DNA of 62,827 nucleotides, counting the filler. It is 6 parts of 6 records of this genome, joined end to end, with 100 filler letters (N's around TTAATTAATTAA, not from the genome) between each part and the next. Parts side by side here need not be neighbours in the genome. Positions count along the whole stretch, not along the records: positions 53,425 to 62,827 come from SRR2962707_2939; 5 more parts are not named here. The stretch is one strand, 5' to 3'. Each line of letters opens with the position of its first letter. Positions within the stretch are counted from its first letter, which is position 1. Below the pieces are notes generated by a model. The model did no database searches, was not told where the DNA came from, and was given only the letters and a program-made list of their open reading frames with translations. Below are positions 56,490 through 62,827 of this stretch, piece after piece. A program made the position numbers and the translations under genes.

Positions 56490-57974
56490 ATGACCAACAC
56501 CAATGAAGAGCGGCGGATTGAGTTCGAAATTCAGCGCGAGGGTCGCGGTGGAACGGACCCGTTCGCCGCTGCCGTGCGCGCCACGCGCATGCCCATGCTG
56601 ATCACCGATCCGCGCCAGCCAGACAACCCGATCGTGTTCGTGAATGACGCCTTCGCCAGACTGACGGGCTACTCACGCGAGGAGACACTGGGGCGCAATT
56701 GCCGGTTTCTGCAGGGGGCAGGCACCAATGCACAGGACGTCACGCGGATGCGTGAGGCAATCGCGCGTCGTGTGCCCATTGAGCTGGATCTGCTGAATTA
56801 CCGCAAGGACGGCACCACGTTCTGGAACCGGCTGCTGGTATCGCCCGTCTTCAATGAAGGCGAACTCAGCTTCTATTTCGCATCGCAGTTCGACATCACG
56901 CCAGAGCGTGAGAGGCTGGTCCGTGTTGCCCAGGACCGCGACGCTCTGGAGGGCGAGGTATCGCGCCGCGTCAGCGATCTGACCGCGTCCGAGGACCGGT
57001 TGAGATTCACGCTTGCAGCCGGCCGACTGGGGGCCTGGACCCTCGATCTAAGCGAGCAGAGGCTCGTCGCGTCAGGTCCATGCAAGGCCAATTTCGGCCG
57101 CGAGGCCTCGGACACCTTCACCTATCAGGACCTGCTGGCGGCCATTGTGCTCGAAGACATCGAACACTGGCGCCATGCCTTCCAGCAGGCTCTGGCAGGC
57201 AGTGGTGATCTGGAAGTCGATTATCGAATTCGTACCCCGTCTGGCGAACTGCGCTGGATCGAGGTTCGCGCCCAGACTCGCTTTGATGCTGACGGTAAAC
57301 CCATCTCGATGGCTGGCGTGTCGCAGGACATTACGGCCAGAAAGCAGGCGGAAAACCACCGAGACCTGCTCACCAAGGAAATGAGCCACCGCGTAAAGAA
57401 CACCTTGGCCACCGTTCAGTCCATTGTTGGACAGTCCCTGCGCAGTGCCGATGTCTCCCCCGACGTAGCCAGCACCATCACGCAGCGCCTCCAGGCACTC
57501 GCCGGCGCGCACGATGTGTTGACCGATCGCGGTTGGGCACAGGCGCGCCTCGCCGACATCGTTGCCTCGGCCACCGCGCCTTTCGATAGTGGTGGGTCCA
57601 CGCGCATCCATGCGGGCGGTGACGAAGTCGAAGTCTCTTCGCGTGCGGCAACAGCCATTGCGCTTGCCATGCATGAGCTGGCGACCAACGCGGTGAAATA
57701 CGGCGCACTGTCCAGCGATACCGGTGATGTCACCATCAACTGGACAATTGATGGCGGCAAGTTCGAGTTGGTCTGGACCGAGAGCGGCGGGCCACCCGTC
57801 GCCAGTCCCACGCGGCGCGGCTTCGGATCGCGCATGATCGAGCGCGTCCTGTCAGCAAGCATCGAAGGCAATGCCGAAATCGACTATCGCGCAGCTGGTA
57901 TCGTTGCGGTGCTTCGGACCGATCTGGAACACCTTATTGAGCCCACCAGCGCCGAAAGGGGCCGTGACTACTGA
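56490..57974 (+). CDS. Blue-light sensor LOV-PAS-HWE histidine kinase
   Basis: DNPIVFVNDAF..GRNCRFLQG with the photoactive Cys, LNYRKDG, ASQ; a second PAS; EMSHRVKN, HELATNAVKYGALS, WTESGGP. Confidence 0.93.
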   Translation: MTNTNEERRIEFEIQREGRGGTDPFAAAVRATRMPMLITDPRQPDNPIVFVNDAFARLTGYSREETLGRNCRFLQGAGTNAQDVTRMREAIARRVPIELDLLNYRKDGTTFWNRLLVSPVFNEGELSFYFASQFDITPERERLVRVAQDRDALEGEVSRRVSDLTASEDRLRFTLAAGRLGAWTLDLSEQRLVASGPCKANFGREASDTFTYQDLLAAIVLEDIEHWRHAFQQALAGSGDLEVDYRIRTPSGELRWIEVRAQTRFDADGKPISMAGVSQDITARKQAENHRDLLTKEMSHRVKNTLATVQSIVGQSLRSADVSPDVASTITQRLQALAGAHDVLTDRGWAQARLADIVASATAPFDSGGSTRIHAGGDEVEVSSRAATAIALAMHELATNAVKYGALSSDTGDVTINWTIDGGKFELVWTESGGPPVASPTRRGFGSRMIERVLSASIEGNAEIDYRAAGIVAVLRTDLEHLIEPTSAERGRDY

Positions 57975-58106
57975 TCCCGTGCGAGGCGCACTGGCTCTGC
58001 GCGCACTTTGGCTAATCACGGAATGTCTATCGGAAAAATCCTGACTACTGCCAAACGCACGATGCCCTAAACATGCCGGTCGGTTTCGAGCAGCGAAGCC
58101 ACCAGT

Positions 58107-58616
58107 TTGGAGCAGCACGTGTATTTTCCAGTTTCTAAGGCAGTCGCCGTTTTTCTGGTCGCCCTGGCCACCAGCGCTTGCGCGACAACATATGGGCCCA
58201 TGAGCGGCGATGGCGGCTACACTGATCTGCGCGTCTCCGAGTTTGTCCATCGCATCAACGTTCGGGGCAATGAAAACACCACGCGCGAAATGGTGCAGAA
58301 TTTCGCGCTGTTGCGCGCATCAGAACTGACACTTGCCAGCGGACGCGATCGCTTCGTGATTTTGGGCGAAGACATCGCAACGTCCTCCGCATTCAAGAGC
58401 TCCGGCGGCAGCGCGGCCACGAGTGACGGCTGGTTCGGTGGCACATCGACCAAATACGAGGCGCCCCAGATTGATACGATCACCAAGGCCGGCGGCACCA
58501 TGGTCATTGAAATTGTCGCCAAGGATGACCCGCGTCATGCATCCGCCTACGACGCCGGGCTGATCGACCGCCAGTTGCGCCCCGAACTCGAGCGGAACTG
58601 GTGGCAGTGGAACTAG
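58107..58616 (+). CDS. Lipoprotein, probably CC0125/CC1285 family; start uncertain
   Basis: Lipobox TSAC followed by ATTYGP..GGY, GN..T, FALLRASELTLASG..F. Confidence 0.7.
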   Translation: MEQHVYFPVSKAVAVFLVALATSACATTYGPMSGDGGYTDLRVSEFVHRINVRGNENTTREMVQNFALLRASELTLASGRDRFVILGEDIATSSAFKSSGGSAATSDGWFGGTSTKYEAPQIDTITKAGGTMVIEIVAKDDPRHASAYDAGLIDRQLRPELERNWWQWN

Positions 58617-58662
58617 CCACTTGACGCGCGTCCGGCGCTCCCCCGTCTTCATGCGCGCCCAG

Positions 58663-59388
58663 TCAGGCTTGGCACGGCTGATCGCGGACGGGAGACACGC
58701 CATCGTCAAAGGGCACAAATCGGCGCCGGAACGATGTCTCCGCGACAAATTCCGGGTTGCTGATCCGGTCCATGCGGAAATGCCGGAAGTCATCCCGCGC
58801 GGGATCCCACGCCACCAGATACCAAAGGGGTGGCAGGATCAGCATGGCTTGCGGCTCGACCATCCGGCTGGTGATCGCCCCTTTCGCATCGCGGTACTGA
58901 AACCGCAGGTGTAGTTGTTCCAGAAATGCAGTCTCGAATGCAGGCAACAGGTCCGGGTCCATCTCGCCCAGATCCGAAATGTTCACCTGTGGCGAGAGGG
59001 GCCCGACATACAGGCAACCAAGAAACCGCCGCAGGTCGCGCACCTTGTCGGGGGGCAGGGCCTTCTCGAGCTTGGCGAGCCCGGCATCTGCCAGTCCCAG
59101 AAACGGCAGGCCACCAGCGGCCCGCATTGACGCAACGCTGATGAGCAACGCAAAGACCTCGGCCACCGACAGGCGGGCTGTGGTCTGAACCGATTGCGCA
59201 TCAAGTTGCAGGCCGCCCCCACGACCGGGTTCGGAATGGATGACGAAGCCCTCATCACGCAGCGCGCTGATATCGCGCAAAACCGTGCGTCTGGATGCGC
59301 CGACCTGCGCCGCCAGTTCGCCGATTGTCGAGGTGCCGTTGCGGCGAAGGCTGCGCACGATGGCGTCTAATCGGTGACGTAAGTTCAT
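58663..59388 (-). CDS. HTH_11-WYL transcriptional regulator (YafY-like)
   Basis: ELAAQVGASRRTVLRDISALR, G.GGG, RMVEP..WYLVAWD..RDDFRHFRMDRI; no WCX domain. Confidence 0.92.
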   Translation of the reverse strand: MNLRHRLDAIVRSLRRNGTSTIGELAAQVGASRRTVLRDISALRDEGFVIHSEPGRGGGLQLDAQSVQTTARLSVAEVFALLISVASMRAAGGLPFLGLADAGLAKLEKALPPDKVRDLRRFLGCLYVGPLSPQVNISDLGEMDPDLLPAFETAFLEQLHLRFQYRDAKGAITSRMVEPQAMLILPPLWYLVAWDPARDDFRHFRMDRISNPEFVAETSFRRRFVPFDDGVSPVRDQPCQA

Positions 59389-59405
59389 ATCGCCAGGTTA
59401 CGCTT

Positions 59406-59432
59406 CAATGGTGCCAGAATTTGGCACCATTG
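59406..59432. promoter_or_regulatory. Perfect 11-bp inverted repeat, putative WYL-regulator operator
   Basis: CAATGGTGCCA-gaatt-TGGCACCATTG, 17 bp from the WYL start codon in the divergent region. Confidence 0.75.
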
Positions 59433-59476
59433 GATTTTAGGCAGGCGCTGTAAACCTCAGCAAGGAGATTTCGAAA

Positions 59477-59572
59477 TTGCAGCGCACATCCATAGCCCTC
59501 TGCAGCAGGCATCATCTCAGGCTCAGCGCGACCTCTGACCAATCCCGCAAAGGGCAGGGAGGCGCACAATGA
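59477..59572 (+). CDS. 31-codon uORF or gene remnant, translationally coupled to the hydrolase
   Basis: SD AAGGAG at 59462, TTG start, and a stop overlapping the next start as ATGA. Confidence 0.4.
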   Translation: MQRTSIALCSRHHLRLSATSDQSRKGQGGAQ

Positions 59573-60525
59573 TTAGTCAGAGCCAGTTCCCCACGCCCAC
59601 CCAGATTTCAGTCAACGGTGTTGAGCTCGAAGTCTTTGAAGCAGGGCGCGAAAATGCGGGCCGACCGATAGTGCTGTGTCACGGCTGGCCAGAGCATGCG
59701 TTTTCCTGGCGGCATCAGGTGCCCGCCCTCGTCGCGGCTGGCTACCATGTCATCGTCCCCAATCAGCGCGGCTACGGCAACTCATCGCGTCCAGGCGCCG
59801 TCACCGACTATGACATCGAACACCTGACCGCTGATCTCGTCGGGCTTCTCGATCACTACCGATATCAGGATGCCACCTTTGTCGGTCATGACTGGGGGTC
59901 AATGGTCGTCTGGGGGCTAGCCTTGTTGCATCCGGGCCGAGTGAAGCGGTTGATAAACCTCAGCGTCCCCTATCAGGAACGTTGGGAAAAGCCCTGGATC
60001 GAGATGATGGAAACCATCCTTGGCGGCGATTTCTATCTCGTTCATTTCAACCGGCAGCCGGGCGTTGCCGACGCCGTACTCGACCAGAACACCTCCCGGT
60101 TCCTGCGCAATCTCTACCGCAAGAACCAGCCGCCCATGGCGCCAGAACCCGGCATGATGATGATCAATCTCGCCCGACAGGAAACGCCCTCCGGCGAACC
60201 GGTCATGAGCGATAGCGAACTGGCCGTGTTTGTGTCCGCCTTTGAAGCGTCAGGGTTCACGGGCAGTATCAACTGGTACCGAAACCTTGATCGCAACTGG
60301 CACCTCTTGGCCGATGCGAACCCGATCATCCAGCAACCCGCGCTGATGATCTATGGCGATCAGGATCCGGTCGCGAAGTCGGAAAACTTGTCGGACTTCG
60401 TGCCCAATGTGGAGGTCGTCAATCTCGATTGCGGCCATTGGATCCAGCAGGAAAAGCCGCAGGAAACCAACCAGACCATACTGAACTGGCTGGAGCGGCA
60501 GGAAGCCAAGGCATCTTTGCAGTAG
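59569..60525 (+). CDS. Alpha/beta hydrolase, soluble epoxide hydrolase-like
   Basis: HGWPE oxyanion motif, QRGYG, GHDWG (Asp nucleophile), NWYRN, GHWIQQE (His). Confidence 0.92.
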   Translation: MISQSQFPTPTQISVNGVELEVFEAGRENAGRPIVLCHGWPEHAFSWRHQVPALVAAGYHVIVPNQRGYGNSSRPGAVTDYDIEHLTADLVGLLDHYRYQDATFVGHDWGSMVVWGLALLHPGRVKRLINLSVPYQERWEKPWIEMMETILGGDFYLVHFNRQPGVADAVLDQNTSRFLRNLYRKNQPPMAPEPGMMMINLARQETPSGEPVMSDSELAVFVSAFEASGFTGSINWYRNLDRNWHLLADANPIIQQPALMIYGDQDPVAKSENLSDFVPNVEVVNLDCGHWIQQEKPQETNQTILNWLERQEAKASLQ

Positions 60526-60544
60526 AGCCGAGCACAAACAAAGC

Positions 60545-60568
60545 AGCCCGCAGCATGTGCCGCGGGCT
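60545..60568. terminator. Hairpin between convergent genes
   Basis: AGCCCGC...GCGGGCT flanked by aaacaaag and tgttc. Confidence 0.55.
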
Positions 60569-60592
60569 TGTTCATTCCAGCCGCAGCAAGAC

Positions 60593-61084
60593 CTACCGGG
60601 CAGCGACCAGTGCTGCCAGCTTGGCGGGCACGGCCAGCACGTCGCGGATCAGCTGTACGCGCTCAGGGGTGTAATAGCCGTCTTCGTGCAACATGTTGAC
60701 CGTGCCAATCAGCTCGCCGCCGATCACGACTGGCATATTGATCACGCTCTGGCAGCCCAGCGAGTCGATCAGCTCGTAGTCAGGGAATACCTTGGCGATG
60801 TCGGCAATGGTATTGGCGACGAAATACCGCCGCTGCTTGTGCACGATGTCGAACCAGCTGTCATAACGGATAGGCTTGGTGCCGGAGCCGGGATAGTTCG
60901 TCGGATCGCTGGTATAGGCACGACGCGCCAGCTCGGCGGTCATGTCCACGGTCATGAAGGTGAACAGCTTGGTGCCCACAGTGGCCTCGGTCAGCGTCTG
61001 CAGGGCCTTGAACGCAGCCTCGGCACCCTTGGCTTCGGAAATCGCCGCATCAAACGTGGCAATGGCAGCAGAATAGTCAGTCAT
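60593..61084 (-). CDS. Stand-alone GAF-domain protein
   Basis: KLFTFM..RRAYTSDP..YPGSGTK, FPDYELIDSLGCQSVINMPV..GELIGTVNML. Confidence 0.8.
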   Translation of the reverse strand: MTDYSAAIATFDAAISEAKGAEAAFKALQTLTEATVGTKLFTFMTVDMTAELARRAYTSDPTNYPGSGTKPIRYDSWFDIVHKQRRYFVANTIADIAKVFPDYELIDSLGCQSVINMPVVIGGELIGTVNMLHEDGYYTPERVQLIRDVLAVPAKLAALVAAR

Positions 61085-61160
61085 CAATATCGTCCTTGGG
61101 TCCTAAAATTCGTGCCCCGCAGGTCGCGCTTATTGCTGGGGGCGGGGGAGGCGGGTGTCG

Positions 61161-61904
61161 TCAGGCGGTCACGCGCCCCTCTGTCGCCGCCAGCAATTCC
61201 CGCGAATAGGGCTCCACCAGCGCGCCGTGCTTGAGCTGGGCCACATCGGCCACCTCGACGATCCGGCCATGCCGCATCACCGCCAGGCGGTCGCACAGAA
61301 AACTCACCACCGGCAGATTATGAGTCACCACCAGATAGGTCAGGCCCTGTTCGGCCCGCAATCGCTTGAGCAGGTTGAGAATTTCTGCCTGCACGGACAC
61401 ATCCAGCGCCGAGGTGGGCTCGTCCAGCAGCAGCACCTTGGGCTCCAGCATCAGCGCCCGGGCAATCGCCACACGCTGCCGCTGCCCGCCCGAGAGCTGG
61501 TGCGGAAAGCGGAACCGGAAGCGCCGGTCCAGCCCCACCTGGGTCAGCACCTGTTCCACCCGCGCATCGCGATCGCCGATGCCGTGAATGGTCAGTGGCT
61601 CGCTCAGCGTGGCGTCAATGGTCTTGCGCGGATGCAGCGAGCCATAGGGGTCCTGAAACACCATCTGCACCTGCCGCGCCACAGTGCGATCCACGCCGTG
61701 GCTGCGCGGGGTACCCAGCACCTCGATCTGGCCGGTCCACTCGGGTGCCAGCCCGGCAATAGCCCGCAAAATGGTCGACTTGCCCGAGCCGCTCTCACCC
61801 ACCAGCGCGAAGCTCTCGCCCTCGGCAATGTCCATGCTCACCCCATGCACCACCTTGGTGTCGCCATAGGAAATATCGAGATTGTCCAGTCTGATCGCGC
61901 TCAT
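61161..61904 (-). CDS. Peptide/nickel ABC transporter ATP-binding subunit (DppF-like)
   Basis: GESGSGKST, QMVFQDPYGSLHP, LSGGQRQR, LDEPTSALD. Confidence 0.92.
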   Translation of the reverse strand: MSAIRLDNLDISYGDTKVVHGVSMDIAEGESFALVGESGSGKSTILRAIAGLAPEWTGQIEVLGTPRSHGVDRTVARQVQMVFQDPYGSLHPRKTIDATLSEPLTIHGIGDRDARVEQVLTQVGLDRRFRFRFPHQLSGGQRQRVAIARALMLEPKVLLLDEPTSALDVSVQAEILNLLKRLRAEQGLTYLVVTHNLPVVSFLCDRLAVMRHGRIVEVADVAQLKHGALVEPYSRELLAATEGRVTA

Positions 61905-62734
61905 GTGCCCGCCCATTGGCTGCGGTCGAGCACCGGTAGCTCGTCACGGTTCTCATTGATTGTCGGCATCGCTGCCAGCAGGCCGCGGGTATAGGGATGC
62001 TGCGCCTGATCGAGCTGCCCTGCCGCACATTCCTCCACGACCGTGCCCGCATTCATCACCAGAATGCGGTCGCAATAGCGGCTGACCAGATTGAGGTCGT
62101 GGCTGATCAGGATCAGGCCCATCCCCTTACGCGTCACAAGGTCGTCAATGATATCAAGTACCTGCGCCTGAACACTCACATCGAGCGCCGAGGTCGGCTC
62201 ATCGGCTATCAGCAGTTCGGGCTCTGGGATCAGCATCATGGCGATCATCACCCGCTGCCCCATGCCGCCCGAAACCTCATGCGGATACAGCCCCGCCACG
62301 CGCTTGGGATCATTGATCCGCACCGCCTCGAGCATGGCCAGAATGCGCTCGTCAACTTCGCGCCGGCTCAGTTTCTCATGCGTCACCAGCGCTTCGGCGA
62401 TCTGCTCGCCCACCGTCATCACCGGGTTCAGCGAGAATTTTGGGTCCTGCATCACCATCGAAATGCGCGCGCCGCGAATGGACCGCATCTGCTTTTCGCT
62501 CTGGGTGCGAATGTCGATCCCGTCAAATTCCAGTCGGTTGGCCGTCACCAGCCCCGGCTTGCGGATCAGTTTGAGGATCGCACGCCCGGTCATCGATTTG
62601 CCCGAGCCGCTTTCGCCCACAATGCCCAGCCGCTCGCGGCCCAGCTCAAACGAAATGCCCTTGACCACTTCGACCCGGCCGCGATGAGTGGGAAAGCTTA
62701 CCCGCAGGTTTTCAACGCTTAGCATCTGCGCCAT
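61901..62734 (-). CDS. Peptide/nickel ABC transporter ATP-binding subunit (DppD-like)
   Basis: GESGSGKS, QDPKFSLNP, SGGMGQR, ADEPTSALD, HPYTRGLL. Confidence 0.92.
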   Translation of the reverse strand: MAQMLSVENLRVSFPTHRGRVEVVKGISFELGRERLGIVGESGSGKSMTGRAILKLIRKPGLVTANRLEFDGIDIRTQSEKQMRSIRGARISMVMQDPKFSLNPVMTVGEQIAEALVTHEKLSRREVDERILAMLEAVRINDPKRVAGLYPHEVSGGMGQRVMIAMMLIPEPELLIADEPTSALDVSVQAQVLDIIDDLVTRKGMGLILISHDLNLVSRYCDRILVMNAGTVVEECAAGQLDQAQHPYTRGLLAAMPTINENRDELPVLDRSQWAGT

Positions 62735-62827
62735 CACTTGCCCTCATTCTTGGGATCGAGCACGTCACGCAACCCGTCGCCGAGGAAGCAGAAGCCCAGG
62801 CTGACAATGATGATGGCAAAGCCCGGC
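62734..62827 (-). CDS. C-terminus of peptide ABC permease (DppC-like), partial
   Basis: PGFAIIIVSLGFCFLGDGLRDVLDPK*. Confidence 0.88.
   Translation of the reverse strand, partial: PGFAIIIVSLGFCFLGDGLRDVLDPKNEGK

Noticed and set aside
59421-59436. Sigma54 promoter (TGGCAC)
   Set aside because: There is no TTGC at -12; the hexamer is explained as half of the palindrome.

Overview
This window is not one locus. It is six unrelated contigs joined by artificial 100-bp spacers (N44-TTAATTAATTAA-N44). Four contigs are from an intron-rich eukaryote, probably a flagellated protist (1-6202, 6303-12224, 29788-38883, 38984-53324). They encode MAD2, a cytosolic carboxypeptidase (CCP/AGBL), a divergent transportin-1-like karyopherin, a large protein with an atypical response-regulator receiver, an EF-hand-like domain and a SAM-like segment, a 6-TM protein with a dileucine motif, a very large LCAT/PDAT-family acyltransferase carrying FYVE, IQ, Zn-finger and EF-hand modules, and MPP6. 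Contig 12325-29687 is gammaproteobacterial (Marinobacter-like, by inference): an SDR/phosphotransferase/phosphatase operon, OmpA, dacB, two aldo/keto reductases, fhuCDB with a Fur box, and an unannotated 31-aa membrane microprotein behind a second Fur box. Contig 53425-62827 is alphaproteobacterial (Devosia-like, by inference): putA, a LOV-PAS-HWE kinase with an EcfG-type promoter, a WYL regulator with a perfect palindromic operator facing a uORF and an epoxide-hydrolase-like gene, a GAF protein and a peptide ABC transporter. The most novel-looking items are the two multi-domain eukaryotic proteins, which only appear after manual splicing. No CRISPR, tRNA, rRNA or mobile element was seen. All family calls are by motif recognition, not database search.
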